Of a stretch of DNA of 64,000 bases, positions 48,962-59,414 are shown one piece after another. The notes under the pieces were generated by a model. It saw only the letters and a list, made by a program, of their open reading frames with translations. It was not told the origin of the DNA and searched no databases. Position 1 is the stretch's first letter, and every line of letters begins with the position of its first letter. The translations under genes were made by a program, and so were the position numbers. This DNA is from Dehalococcoidia bacterium. GTDB taxonomy: Bacteria > Chloroflexota > Dehalococcoidia > UBA2979. The stretch spans positions 2,240,001 to 2,304,000 of the forward strand of contig OZ244720.1 in NCBI GenBank assembly GCA_965219085.1, given 5' to 3'.

Positions 48962-51900
48962 GTGAATGCCGCACACGCGCGCTCTGCGCAGCAATCAGTT
49001 CTGCACTCGCCGCATCCCCTACGCGGGGATGCCGCGCTGCACCTCCAACGCGGGGATGCCCCGAGGGGCGGGCTCTACAACCCCGCGCTCGAGCATGACG
49101 CCTGCGGCACCGGCTTCGTCGCCGAGGTGAGCGGCGAGCGCACGCGGCGCGTCGTCGAACTGGCCGTCGAGGCCGTCATCAACCTCACGCACCGCGGCGC
49201 CGTATCTGCCGACGCGGCCTCGGGCGACGGCGCCGGGGTCACGATCCAGGTCCCCTTCGAGCTGCTGCAGGACGACATCGCCGCCCTCGGCCACGAACTG
49301 ACCGACCGCGCCGACCTCGCCGTGGCCATGTGCTTCCTCCCGCAGGACGCGGACGCCCAGGCTACGGCGCGTGCCGCGCTCGAGGAGACCTCCACGAGCG
49401 TCGGCCTCGACGTAATCGGGTGGCGGCCCGTCCCGCACGACCCGTCGGTGCTCGGCGGACTCGCGCTCGCCTCGCTACCCGGCATCGAGCAGTTGCTGCT
49501 GCGTCGGCCGGAGGGGCTGGACGCCCGCGAGTTCGAGCGGCAGCTCTACCGCGCGCGCCGGCTCGCCGAGCGTGTCTACCGCGAGCAGGAGATCGACTGC
49601 TACGTCGTGTCGATGTCCTCGCAGACCGTTGTCTACAAGGGGCTGATGGTCGCGCCGCAGTTGCCGGCCTTCTACCCCGACCTCTCGGACGAGCGCACCG
49701 TCTCGTCCGTCGCGCTGTTCCACCAGCGCTTCGCCACCAACACACTGCCGAACTGGCCGCTCGCGCAGCCGTTCCGGTACGTCGCGCACAACGGCGAGAT
49801 CAACACGCTGCTCGGCAACCGCAACTGGATGACGGCGCGCGAGCCCGAGCTGACCTCGAACGTCTGGGGCGACGACATCGGCGAGTTGCTGCCGGTGATC
49901 CTGCCCATCGGATCCGACACTGCCTCGCTCGACGAGGCGCTCGAGTTGCTGACCGCCTCCGGCCGCGACCTGCTGCACGCGATGATGATGCTGATCCCGG
50001 AGGCGTGGGAGAACATGCCGCGGATGAACCCGGAGCTGAAGGCGTTCTACCAGTACCACGCCTGCCTGCAGGAGCCGTGGGACGGCCCCGCCGCCGTCGC
50101 CTTCACCGACGGCGAGATGGCCGCCGCGATCATGGACCGCAACGGCCTCCGCCCCGCTCGCTACCAGCGCACGCGTGACGGCCTGGTCGTGATGGGCTCC
50201 GAGGTCGGCCTCGTCGACCTGCCCTTCAGCGAGATCATCGAATCGGGGCGCATCGGCCCGGGCCAGATGATCGCGGTCGACACGAAGCGGCGGCGCTTCC
50301 TCCACAACGACGAGATCAAGCGCGAGATCGCCGGCAGGCACCCGTATCGCAGCTGGGTCGAGGAGCACCTCTACACCCTCGACCGCTACCTCGACACCGC
50401 CAACGGCCACCACCGCGAGCAGCCCGATGTCGAGCTCCGCACGCAGCAGGTGATGCACGGCTACACCCACGAGGAGATCGAGTACGTCATCAAGCCGATG
50501 GTGCGCGAAGGCAAGGAGCCGACCGGCTCCATGGGCGAGGACACGCCGCTCTCGACGCTCTTCGAGCCCAGCCGCCTGCTCTACACCTACTTCAAGCAGA
50601 AGTTCGCGCAGGTCACGAACCCCGCGATCGACTCGATCCGCGAGGAGATCGTGATGTCGCTCGACACGCTGCTCGGGCGGCGGCACTCGCTACTCGAGGC
50701 CGAACCCGAGGCTGCGCGCCTCGTGAACCTCAACAGCCCGCTGCTCGTCGACGAGGAGCTGGCGGCGCTGCGCAACGTGCCGATGAACGACTTCGCGCTG
50801 ACCACGCTGCACGCGCGCTTCGCGGTCTCGGGCGGTCCCGACGCGCTGCGCGCTTCGCTCGATGACCTGTGCGCCGACGCCGAACGCGCCGTCGAAGAGG
50901 GCAAGTCGGTGATCGTCATCAGCGACCGGCTGACGAGCGCGGAGTGGGCGCCGATCCCGATGCTGCTTGCGGTGTCGACCGTGCACCACCACCTGATCCG
51001 CTCGGGCCACCGCATGAAGGTGAGCCTGGTCGCCGAGTCAGGCGACGCCCGCGACGTGCATCACTTCGGCACGCTCATCAGCTTCGGCGCGAGCGCGGTG
51101 AACCCGTACCTCGCGTTCGATACGCTGCGCGACCTCTACCAGGAGGGCGAGTTCGGCGAAGTCGAACTCGACGAGGTGATGCGCAAGTACCACCAGGCAG
51201 TGGACGCGGGAATCCTCAAGGTGATGTCCAAGATGGGCATCTCCGCGGTCTCCTCGTACCACGGCGCGCAGATCTTCGAGGCGCTCGGCATCTCCGACGA
51301 GGTGATCGAGTTCTCGTTCCCCGGCACCACCTCGCGCATCGGCGGCGTCACCTACGACGACCTCGCGCGTGACGTGCTGGACCGCCACGCGCGCGCCTTC
51401 CCGGAGACGGCGATGCCGCACGGCGGCTGGTACAAATACCGCCGCGACGGCGACTACCACGCCTACGAGCCCAAGGTCTGGCGCGCGCTCCACAAGGCGG
51501 CGCAGGACGGCACATACGAGGACTACAAGGCCTACGCCGAGATCGTCGAGAACCGCCCGACGACCGCGCTGCGTGACCTCCTCGAGTTCCGCCCCGACCG
51601 CGAACCCATCGACATCTCACGCGTCGAGCCGGTCGAGAACATCACCCGCCGCTTCAACACCGGCGCGATGTCGCTGGGGGCGCTCAGCCGTGAGGCCCAC
51701 GAGGACATCGCCCGCGCGATGAACATCCTCGGCGGGCGCTCCAACACCGGCGAGGGCGGCGAGGACCCGCGGCGCTACAGCCCCGACGGCGACCTCCGTG
51801 ACGCGAACTCGAAGGTGAAGCAGGTGGCCTCGGGCCGCTTCGGTGTGACGCCGGCGTACCTCGCCGCCGCCGAGGAGCTCGAGATCAAGATCGCGCAGGG

Positions 51901-53557
51901 CTCGAAGCCCGGCGAAGGCGGGCAGCTGCCCGGCCACAAGGTCTCCGAGTACATCGGTGAGATGCGGCACGTCATGCCCGGCACGCCGCTGATCTCGCCG
52001 CCGCCACACCACGACATCTACTCGATCGAGGATCTCTCGCAGCTGATCTTCGACCTCAAGGCGGCGAACCCGCGCGCCCGCGTGTGCGTGAAGCTCGTCG
52101 CCGCCGAGGGCGTCGGCACGATCGCTGCCGGCGTGGCCAAGGGCTACGCCGACATCATCCAGATCAGCGGCCACGACGGCGGCACCGGCGCCTCGCCGTG
52201 GTCGTCCATCAAGTACGCCGGCGCGCCGTGGGAGCTCGGCCTGGCCGAGACCCAGCAGGTGCTCGTCATGAACAGCCTGCGCGGCCGCGTACGGCTGCGC
52301 GTCGACGGCGGCTTCCACACCGCGCGCGACGTGCTGGTCGCCGCGATGCTCGGGGCCGAGGAGTACGGCTTCGGCACCGCCGCGATGGTCGCGGTCGGGT
52401 GCAAGATGGCGCGCCAGTGCCACCTCAACACGTGCCCCGTCGGCGTCGCGACCCAGCGCGAAGACCTGCGCGCGAAGTACTTCGGCACCCCCGAGATGGT
52501 GATCCGGTACCTCACGCACCTCGCGCACCACGTGCGCGAGCTGCTCGCCGAACTCGGCTACGAGCGCGTCGAGGACCTCATCGGGCGCGCCGACCTGCTC
52601 GACCAGATCGAGCCGGTCAACGGCCACCGCGCCGCCGGCATCGACCTCGAAAAGGTGATCGCACCCGTCGACCGCGAGGGCGCCGAGCCGCACCGCAGGG
52701 TGCTGGATCGCAACGACCGCGGTGAAGCGCTGCTCGACGACCGCATCATCGCGGACGTGCGCACGGCCATCGAAGGCGGCGCCCCGTTGCAGCGCTCGTA
52801 CACGATCCGCAACACGGATCGGACCGTGGGTGCGCGGCTCTCCGGCGAGATTGCGCGTCGCTACGGCGACCGCGGCCTGCCGGACAGCTCCATCGACCTG
52901 TCGTTCCGGGGTTCGGCCGGGCAGTCGTTCGGTGCGTTCCTCACGTCGGGTGTGCGGTTGCACCTCGTCGGCGAGGCCAACGACTACGTCGCGAAGGGGA
53001 TGAGCGGCGGCGAGATCACGATCCGGCCGCCGCGCGATGCGGGGTTCCGCGGCAAGGATGCGGTGCTGGTCGGCAACACCGTCCTCTACGGCGCGACGGG
53101 CGGCCACCTCTTCGTGGCCGGCAGCGCCGGCGAACGCTTCGGGGTGCGGAACTCCGGCGCGCGGGCCGTTGTCGAGGGCGTGGGTGACCACGGCTGCGAA
53201 TACATGACGGACGGCGTGGTCGTGATTCTCGGACCCGCGGGCCGGAACTTCGGCGCGGGCATGTCGGACGGCGTTGCCTTCGTGCTGGACGAGGAAGGCG
53301 ACTTCCGCACGCGCGTGAACCAGGAGCTCGTCGGCCTCGAGCAGGTCACGACGCCCGACAGCATCGAGTTGCTCGAGGCGATGATCCGCCGTCACTACGA
53401 GCTGACGGATTCGCACCGCGCGAAGCGCGTCCTGGACGAATGGCGGCTCTCCCTGCCGAAGTTCTGGAAGGTCATGCCGAAGTTCGCGCTCACCGAGGAA
53501 GGCCCGATGACCGTCGTCCGGCGCCACCTCGAAGGCCTGCGCGCGACCAGCGTCTGA
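48962..53557 (+). CDS. gltB: Glutamate synthase large subunit
   Basis: EHDACGTGF, HQRFATNT, EPWDGPA, SNTGEGGED, QGSKPGEGGQLPG, CKMARQCHLNTCPVG; GTG start after AGGAGG. Confidence 0.97.
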   Translation: MNAAHARSAQQSVLHSPHPLRGDAALHLQRGDAPRGGLYNPALEHDACGTGFVAEVSGERTRRVVELAVEAVINLTHRGAVSADAASGDGAGVTIQVPFELLQDDIAALGHELTDRADLAVAMCFLPQDADAQATARAALEETSTSVGLDVIGWRPVPHDPSVLGGLALASLPGIEQLLLRRPEGLDAREFERQLYRARRLAERVYREQEIDCYVVSMSSQTVVYKGLMVAPQLPAFYPDLSDERTVSSVALFHQRFATNTLPNWPLAQPFRYVAHNGEINTLLGNRNWMTAREPELTSNVWGDDIGELLPVILPIGSDTASLDEALELLTASGRDLLHAMMMLIPEAWENMPRMNPELKAFYQYHACLQEPWDGPAAVAFTDGEMAAAIMDRNGLRPARYQRTRDGLVVMGSEVGLVDLPFSEIIESGRIGPGQMIAVDTKRRRFLHNDEIKREIAGRHPYRSWVEEHLYTLDRYLDTANGHHREQPDVELRTQQVMHGYTHEEIEYVIKPMVREGKEPTGSMGEDTPLSTLFEPSRLLYTYFKQKFAQVTNPAIDSIREEIVMSLDTLLGRRHSLLEAEPEAARLVNLNSPLLVDEELAALRNVPMNDFALTTLHARFAVSGGPDALRASLDDLCADAERAVEEGKSVIVISDRLTSAEWAPIPMLLAVSTVHHHLIRSGHRMKVSLVAESGDARDVHHFGTLISFGASAVNPYLAFDTLRDLYQEGEFGEVELDEVMRKYHQAVDAGILKVMSKMGISAVSSYHGAQIFEALGISDEVIEFSFPGTTSRIGGVTYDDLARDVLDRHARAFPETAMPHGGWYKYRRDGDYHAYEPKVWRALHKAAQDGTYEDYKAYAEIVENRPTTALRDLLEFRPDREPIDISRVEPVENITRRFNTGAMSLGALSREAHEDIARAMNILGGRSNTGEGGEDPRRYSPDGDLRDANSKVKQVASGRFGVTPAYLAAAEELEIKIAQGSKPGEGGQLPGHKVSEYIGEMRHVMPGTPLISPPPHHDIYSIEDLSQLIFDLKAANPRARVCVKLVAAEGVGTIAAGVAKGYADIIQISGHDGGTGASPWSSIKYAGAPWELGLAETQQVLVMNSLRGRVRLRVDGGFHTARDVLVAAMLGAEEYGFGTAAMVAVGCKMARQCHLNTCPVGVATQREDLRAKYFGTPEMVIRYLTHLAHHVRELLAELGYERVEDLIGRADLLDQIEPVNGHRAAGIDLEKVIAPVDREGAEPHRRVLDRNDRGEALLDDRIIADVRTAIEGGAPLQRSYTIRNTDRTVGARLSGEIARRYGDRGLPDSSIDLSFRGSAGQSFGAFLTSGVRLHLVGEANDYVAKGMSGGEITIRPPRDAGFRGKDAVLVGNTVLYGATGGHLFVAGSAGERFGVRNSGARAVVEGVGDHGCEYMTDGVVVILGPAGRNFGAGMSDGVAFVLDEEGDFRTRVNQELVGLEQVTTPDSIELLEAMIRRHYELTDSHRAKRVLDEWRLSLPKFWKVMPKFALTEEGPMTVVRRHLEGLRATSV

Positions 53558-53566
53558 ACCGGCTCT

Positions 53567-53675
53567 GTAGTCGCCAACCCGCAGCAGTCGCCAACCCGCA
53601 GCGGCCGCCAACCCACAGCAGCCGCCAACCCACAGCAGCCGCCAACCCACAGCAGCCGCCAACCCAGAGCAGCCG
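53567..53675. repeat. Tandem 17-bp repeat, six copies plus a partial
   Basis: Consensus gcagccgccaacccaca, head-to-tail with no spacers, between convergent genes. Confidence 0.9.
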
Positions 53676-53696
53676 ACGGCGTGAACGCCTCGGCGG

Positions 53697-56600
53697 CTAC
53701 TCGTATCTGAGCGCCTCGGCGACCGCCACGCGCGAGGCGGCGCGGGCGGGGAGCAGCGTCATCAGCGCGCTCGCTCCGTAGGCGATGGCGAGGATCACGG
53801 CCAGCCGCACCCACGGCACCTGGAAGTCGATGTCGGTCCCGCCCGTGAACTCCGGGCTCGACAGCAGGTTGTACGAGACCGCCAGCCCGAGCACGACCCC
53901 GATCGCGACGCCCGCGATCGCGATGAACGACGACTCAAGGAAATAGGACACCGCCACGAGCCTGCGGCTGTAGCCGATGGCGCGCAGCATCCCGATCTGC
54001 TGCCGGCGCTCCACCACCGTGCGGAACGCGATCACGCCGAGCGCGGCGATGCCGACGATCAGCCCCAGCCCCATGAAGCCCTCGAACAGGTACTGGAACG
54101 AGCGCGACGTGCCCGCCTGGTCGTCGATCAGCTTGTCGATCGAGTTGGCCTGCACGCCGAGCTCCAGCAGCGTCGACTCGATGTCCCGTGCGGCCTCGAT
54201 CGCCGCCTCGTCCGAGGTGTCGGCGGTGACGACGTAGTACTGCTCGAAGTCCCCGCCCGCGAAGCCCTCATCGATGGTCGCGGCCTGCGTGAAGATGGCG
54301 AAGAAGGAGAGGATGACGGAGGTCGCCTGCGACTCAAGCACGCCGATGATCCTGATCTCCCTAGTGAGGCCGCTCGATGGGTCGCGGACGGTGAGCGGGA
54401 TCGGGTCCCACGGCTGATTCCGGAGGTCGCTGTCCGAGACGCCGAGGTAGAAGTTGCTCTGCTGTCCCGGGCCACCGCCGAAATCGTCCGCCGCCTGCAG
54501 GCGCGAGGCGTCGATGACGGCGACGGTGGGATCGGTACGGACCGCCTCCCAGACAGCCTCGTTGCTGTCGTAGCCGGCCGCGCGATGCTCGACGGGCAGG
54601 CGCTGGAGGTCGATGAACTCGTCGTCCGTGCCGGCGAGGTGGTAGGTCTCGTACGCGTCGTCGCCTGCGGGGTCATCGCTGCGGCGCACTTGCGGGAAGG
54701 CGGAGACGAGGCGCCCGACGCCCCCGATGGTGGAGTCGGGCGCGTATCCCGCGGAGCCGAGTGCGTCGCGCAGGTCGCCGATACGGTTGCTCGGGTTGAC
54801 GTCGACGGCGACGTCGAAGCCGGCGTTGGCGCTGTCGCTCAGGAACGCCTGCGTGAAGTTCGAGTTGAGCGTGGCCATCACCACGACGCTGAAGACGACC
54901 AGCCCGAACATCGCGAGGGTCATGCCGGTGCGGAACTTCGCGGCGACCGGGTAGGCGATGGCCGTCTTGATCGCGGGCGCGATCCCGCCGAGCAGCGTGC
55001 CAAGCCAGCGCACCGGGGCGAGCGCCAGTTCAGCGTTGAGGATGATGACCAGCACCGCCGCCGCCGTGACGGCGATGCCGGAGACGAAGAACATCTCGAT
55101 GTTGCCCTCGATGTCCCCCGGACGCGGCAGCCCGAGGATCCGCAGCACTCCGTCGACCGGGTCGAGGTCGCCGCCCACGACGCTATTGAGGTCGGTGAAG
55201 AGCGAGAACGGGAGCGGGAGGATCCAGTACCAGACCAGTCCGAGCCCGGCGGCCGTGAAGGCGAGGCGCTGGTTCAGCCCGAAGTAGACGGCGAGCATGG
55301 CGATGCCGAGGAGGGCGAGGTTGAAGCCGGACGTGTAGGAGAACGCCTGGCCCTGCAGCCCGCTCAGCGCGTCGAAGCCCCAGCCCGACAGCCAGACCAG
55401 CAGCGAGCCGAGGATGAGCATGATCACGGCCCAGCCGCCCGCGTTGCGGTGGCGGCCCGCCCACGCCCGCGAGAGCTGCAATAGCCATACGACGCCCGCA
55501 ACCACGTTGAAGACGACGAGCCAGAGTGCCCAGAGTAGCCAGTGGCGCCAGTTCCACTGATTGCGGAAGGCTCCTCGGCGGACGGTCCGCGCGCCGAAGA
55601 ACATCAGCGTGCTGACGGCCATCAGGGCTGCGCCGCCGAAGAGGCCGGACAGGATCGTCGGCAGGTCCCCGAACGCCGCACCAATCACGGCCGCGGTGAT
55701 GAACAGCGTCGCGAACCCGGCCACCGCCAGCGCGACGATCCAGCCGACCAGCCAGAGTGCGCCGACCGCGGACTTGAGCAGCGCGCCGATCGTTCGGTCC
55801 GCTCCCGCCAGCGCCTGCGGCTCGGGCAGGTCGCGGATGGCGCGCACGATGTTGAGGTTCGCGATGCGGAACGAGGCGAACGTGACGGTGGCGAAGGTGA
55901 GCACCACGCCCAGGCTGTAGGCGATGAGGAAGCCCTGCCAGTTGAAGTGGAAGGTGATCCCGAAGCCGAACGCCTCGCTGAAGATCCGGCCCAACACCAG
56001 CACGAGCACGAAGGCGACCCCGAGGCCGAGCAGCGCGCCCACCGCGGCCGAGCCGAGGTTGTACGCCATCCCCTCGGCGAGGAACGTCTCGGTGAGGTGC
56101 AGGCGCTGCATCCCGATCGCGCGCGCCATCCCCATCTCGGAGCGTCGCTCGGCCGCGAGCATCACGAAGATCATGAAGATCAGCAGCACACCCGACGCGA
56201 TCGCGAACAGCCCGAAGATCAGGAAGAACGTGACGAAGATCGAGCCGACCGTCTCGGCCAGCGCGACGCCCTGCTTCTTCGTGAAGAGCATCGTCGCCCG
56301 GCTCTCCGGGTGCTCCTCGATGAACGTATCGAGCCGTTCCTCGACGGTGTCGCTGAGGTCGAGTGTGTCTCGCACGCCGCCGGTGATGGACACGACGACC
56401 ACGGATAGCTTGCCGTCGAGTCCGGTCAGCTCGCGGGCGACATCGAGGCTCGTGACGAGCCCGCCTCCGCTGGCATTGGCCCCGGTGAGCGAGGTGTCCT
56501 GGACGATGTCGATGACCTCGAACGCGGTCGGCCGGCCGTCGTGGAAGATCTGCACGCTGTCCCCGGGCCGCACGTCCAGCTGGTCGGCGAGATCCTCGGA

Positions 56601-57167
56601 CACGTAGGCGCGCATGCCGCCGAGGGTAGAGCCGGGGATCAGCGCACCGTCGAGCGTCTTCAGGCCCTTGAACGCGTCGACGGTGGCGGGGTCGACGCCG
56701 ACGAAGCCCGCCGCGGCTTCCGCAAGCCGGCGCTCGGCATTGAGCGCGGGCAGCACCTCGACCAGCAGGCCGGAGACGCCGTCGATGTCGGGGTCGCCGG
56801 CGAACTCGTCCGCGAGCGCGCCGAGGAACACGTCGGTGAGGTAGCGGTCGTCGCGCTCGGCGGCGGCGGCGCCGTCGAATCCGATGAGGAAGTCGACTTC
56901 CTCGAAGCTGTCGTACACCTCGTTCGTGATCGAGTAGCCGACGGTGTCGCCGGTGGCGAAGGCGGCGCTGATGATCAGCGTGGAGAGCATCAGCCCGATC
57001 ACGATCAGCGAGGTCTGTGCCTTGCGCCGCCCGATGTTGCGCAGCCCCATGCGCACGAGCAGGGGCTGACGCCAGGCGATCACGCCGAGGACCCCGAAGA
57101 TCGCGCCGAGCGCGAGTAGCAGCGCGACCAGGATGCTCGTCAGCGGGATCCCGAAAAGGCTATCCAA
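53697..57167 (-). CDS. FtsX/MacB-like ABC permease (double domain)
   Basis: AERRSEMGMARAIG and VERRQQIGMLRAIG; C-terminal VAEALRYE. Confidence 0.9.
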   Translation of the reverse strand: MDSLFGIPLTSILVALLLALGAIFGVLGVIAWRQPLLVRMGLRNIGRRKAQTSLIVIGLMLSTLIISAAFATGDTVGYSITNEVYDSFEEVDFLIGFDGAAAAERDDRYLTDVFLGALADEFAGDPDIDGVSGLLVEVLPALNAERRLAEAAAGFVGVDPATVDAFKGLKTLDGALIPGSTLGGMRAYVSEDLADQLDVRPGDSVQIFHDGRPTAFEVIDIVQDTSLTGANASGGGLVTSLDVARELTGLDGKLSVVVVSITGGVRDTLDLSDTVEERLDTFIEEHPESRATMLFTKKQGVALAETVGSIFVTFFLIFGLFAIASGVLLIFMIFVMLAAERRSEMGMARAIGMQRLHLTETFLAEGMAYNLGSAAVGALLGLGVAFVLVLVLGRIFSEAFGFGITFHFNWQGFLIAYSLGVVLTFATVTFASFRIANLNIVRAIRDLPEPQALAGADRTIGALLKSAVGALWLVGWIVALAVAGFATLFITAAVIGAAFGDLPTILSGLFGGAALMAVSTLMFFGARTVRRGAFRNQWNWRHWLLWALWLVVFNVVAGVVWLLQLSRAWAGRHRNAGGWAVIMLILGSLLVWLSGWGFDALSGLQGQAFSYTSGFNLALLGIAMLAVYFGLNQRLAFTAAGLGLVWYWILPLPFSLFTDLNSVVGGDLDPVDGVLRILGLPRPGDIEGNIEMFFVSGIAVTAAAVLVIILNAELALAPVRWLGTLLGGIAPAIKTAIAYPVAAKFRTGMTLAMFGLVVFSVVVMATLNSNFTQAFLSDSANAGFDVAVDVNPSNRIGDLRDALGSAGYAPDSTIGGVGRLVSAFPQVRRSDDPAGDDAYETYHLAGTDDEFIDLQRLPVEHRAAGYDSNEAVWEAVRTDPTVAVIDASRLQAADDFGGGPGQQSNFYLGVSDSDLRNQPWDPIPLTVRDPSSGLTREIRIIGVLESQATSVILSFFAIFTQAATIDEGFAGGDFEQYYVVTADTSDEAAIEAARDIESTLLELGVQANSIDKLIDDQAGTSRSFQYLFEGFMGLGLIVGIAALGVIAFRTVVERRQQIGMLRAIGYSRRLVAVSYFLESSFIAIAGVAIGVVLGLAVSYNLLSSPEFTGGTDIDFQVPWVRLAVILAIAYGASALMTLLPARAASRVAVAEALRYE

Positions 57168-57855
57168 CGAGCTGCTCCTCGCGCTCGATCAGCCCGTCGC
57201 GCATATGCACGATGCGGTGGCAGCGGTCGGCGATCTCACGGCCGTGCGTGACGATCACGAAGGTCTGGTCCTGCTCGCGGTTGAGTCCGATGAGCAAGTC
57301 CATGATCTGCCCGGCGGTCACGGAGTCGAGGTCGCCCGTCGGCTCATCGGCCCAGACGATCGTGGGGTCGTTGACGAGTGCGCGCGCGATGGTCACGCGC
57401 TGGCGCTGGCCGCCGGAGAGCTGGCCGGGGCGGTGCTCCGCCCAGTCGGTGAGCCCCACGTGGTCGAGCTGACCGAGGGCCAGCCGCCGCGCCTCGGCGG
57501 GCGGGGTGCCGGAAACGAGCAGCGGCAACTCGACGTTCTCGACCGCGCTGAGCACGGGCAGCAGGTTGTAGAACTGGAAGATGAACCCCATCTGCTGTGC
57601 GCGGTACGAGGTCTTGGTGTTGTCGTCGAGGCTGCCAAGGTCGGTGCCCTCGATGGTGATGCTGCCCTCGGTGGGGTCGTCGAGGCCGGACGCGGTGTTG
57701 AGCAGGGTCGTCTTGCCACAGCCCGAGGGCCCCATGATGGCGACCATCTCGCCGCGTTCGACGGTGAGGTCGACGCCCCTGAGCGCCTGCACCTGCACCT
57801 CGCCGGTGTCGTAGGTCTTGACCAGACTGTTCAGTTCGATGATCGCTTCGGGCAT
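57160..57855 (-). CDS. ABC ATP-binding protein (LolD/MacB-like)
   Basis: GPSGCGKTT, LSGGQRQR, WADEPTGDLD. Confidence 0.92.
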   Translation of the reverse strand: MPEAIIELNSLVKTYDTGEVQVQALRGVDLTVERGEMVAIMGPSGCGKTTLLNTASGLDDPTEGSITIEGTDLGSLDDNTKTSYRAQQMGFIFQFYNLLPVLSAVENVELPLLVSGTPPAEARRLALGQLDHVGLTDWAEHRPGQLSGGQRQRVTIARALVNDPTIVWADEPTGDLDSVTAGQIMDLLIGLNREQDQTFVIVTHGREIADRCHRIVHMRDGLIEREEQLVG

Positions 57856-58038
57856 CGGCCCTCCGAGCGTCGCGTCACGGTGTCCGCGATCGATGCTCCG
57901 CGATAGCACCACAAGGGGCTACCGGGTGCGTGCCATCGGTGGGAGCGGGGCGCGCGTTTTCGGCGGCGCGGGTATCGTAGCATCGAGCCGCGTGTGCGGC
58001 GCGCGCGCCGCGCGCACGACGGCTCACCGGGGGGAACG

Positions 58039-58200
58039 ATGGCGTTCGGGGTCCTGCTCGTGATCGTCGGGGGGATATTCCTCGCCGAGTCGCTTGGGCT
58101 CACCGAGTTCGGCATCCTCGAGCTGTGGCCGCTGCTGCTGATCGGCGGCGGCTGCGTCATCCTCTACGAGCGCGTGCGCCGCGCCTATCGCCGCCGGTGA
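58039..58200 (+). CDS. Small LiaI/DUF5668-like membrane protein
   Basis: GVLLVIVGGIFL...LWPLLLIGGG. Confidence 0.7.
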   Translation: MAFGVLLVIVGGIFLAESLGLTEFGILELWPLLLIGGGCVILYERVRRAYRRR

Positions 58201-58211
58201 GGTTCCCGGCG

Positions 58212-58778
58212 ATGACGAGCCGCGCCCGCGATGTCGTACCGCTCACGATCGGTCTCTACCTCATCGCGCTCGGCGCAGTCCTGCTGCTCGACAGCACGAA
58301 CGTGCACGCCATCGGCGTCGAGGGAGCGATCGGGAGCGCGTTCGGCCTTGGGTTCGTCGCGCTCGGCGTGCTCGCGTTCCTGGCGGCGTGGCGGGTGCGG
58401 CGCTTCTCACGGCGGATGCGCCGCGCCGTGGGGCACCTGCGCTCCGCCTCCGGCGGCTGGACGGTCGAGGACGACGCGGTCATCTCCACCGTCGTCGGCG
58501 ACATCTCGCTCGACCTGCGCGACGCGGACCTGCCCGAGGGCGAGACCGAGCTCGCGGTGCTGTGCTGGCTCGGCACCATCCAGGTGCGCGTCCCGCGCGC
58601 GTTCGGCGTCGACGTGACCGCGCAGGCCATTGTCGGCAGCGTCGACGTGCTCGGTGAGCGCGAGGAGGGCGTCGTACGCGACATCCATGTGCGCAGCGAG
58701 GGCTACGAGGGCCAGACGCGGCGCGTCCGGCTCCGCCTCTCGACCTTCGTCGGCGAGCTCATGGTGGTGCAGGTCTAG
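58212..58778 (+). CDS. LiaF-like cell-envelope stress protein
   Basis: N-terminal TM helices; GDISLDLRDA...GTIQVRVP...GSVDV beta repeats. Confidence 0.8.
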   Translation: MTSRARDVVPLTIGLYLIALGAVLLLDSTNVHAIGVEGAIGSAFGLGFVALGVLAFLAAWRVRRFSRRMRRAVGHLRSASGGWTVEDDAVISTVVGDISLDLRDADLPEGETELAVLCWLGTIQVRVPRAFGVDVTAQAIVGSVDVLGEREEGVVRDIHVRSEGYEGQTRRVRLRLSTFVGELMVVQV

Positions 58779-59398
58779 CCCGACTCGACGCCCTCGCGAT
58801 GCGGGCAGCCGACGCAGTCGGGCAGGGCGGGCCGGTCTCCCTCGACACCCGCGACATCGCGCAGCAGCCGCCGCAGCGTCCACAGCGGCAACCCGATCAC
58901 CGCGCAGCGGCATCCCTCAACCGCGGCCGCCGGGGCGAGTTCCGTGTCCTGCACGGCGTAGCCTCCTGCCTTGTCGAACGGCTCGCCGCGCGCGATGTAG
59001 CGAGCGACCTCGACGTCGGCGTACTCGCGCATCGTGACCGCGGTCGTCACGGCCTCGGTCGCCTCGGCACCGCCGCCGATGACCGCGACGCCCGTCACGA
59101 CGTGGTGTGTGCGGCCGCGCAGCGCCTCCAGCATCGCCCGCGCCTCCGTGTCGTCGCGCGGCTTGCCGAGCTGGCGGCCGTCGAGGACCACGATCGTGTC
59201 CGCGCCGATCACGGTGTCGCCGGGCCGCGCGACGGCGATGGCGCGCGCCTTGCGCCGCGCAAGCGTGCAGGCCAGCCGCGCCGCGTCGTCGTCCTCGCCG
59301 GACTCGTCGACGCCGGCCGGGACCACCTCGAAGGTGACGCCGAGGGCGGGTAGCAACTCGCGGCGGCGCGGTGAGGCGGACGCGAGGACGATCGCCAC
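58775..59398 (-). CDS. maf: Maf-family nucleoside triphosphate pyrophosphatase
   Basis: IVLASASPRRRELL, IGADTIV, GKP, DKAGGYAVQ. Confidence 0.93.
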   Translation of the reverse strand: MAIVLASASPRRRELLPALGVTFEVVPAGVDESGEDDDAARLACTLARRKARAIAVARPGDTVIGADTIVVLDGRQLGKPRDDTEARAMLEALRGRTHHVVTGVAVIGGGAEATEAVTTAVTMREYADVEVARYIARGEPFDKAGGYAVQDTELAPAAAVEGCRCAVIGLPLWTLRRLLRDVAGVEGDRPALPDCVGCPHREGVESG

Positions 59399-59414
59399 GG
59401 CTGCCTGACCCCGG

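Noticed and set aside
53567-53675. Possible CRISPR array
   Set aside because: Units are contiguous with no unique spacers, only 17 bp long, and no cas genes are present.
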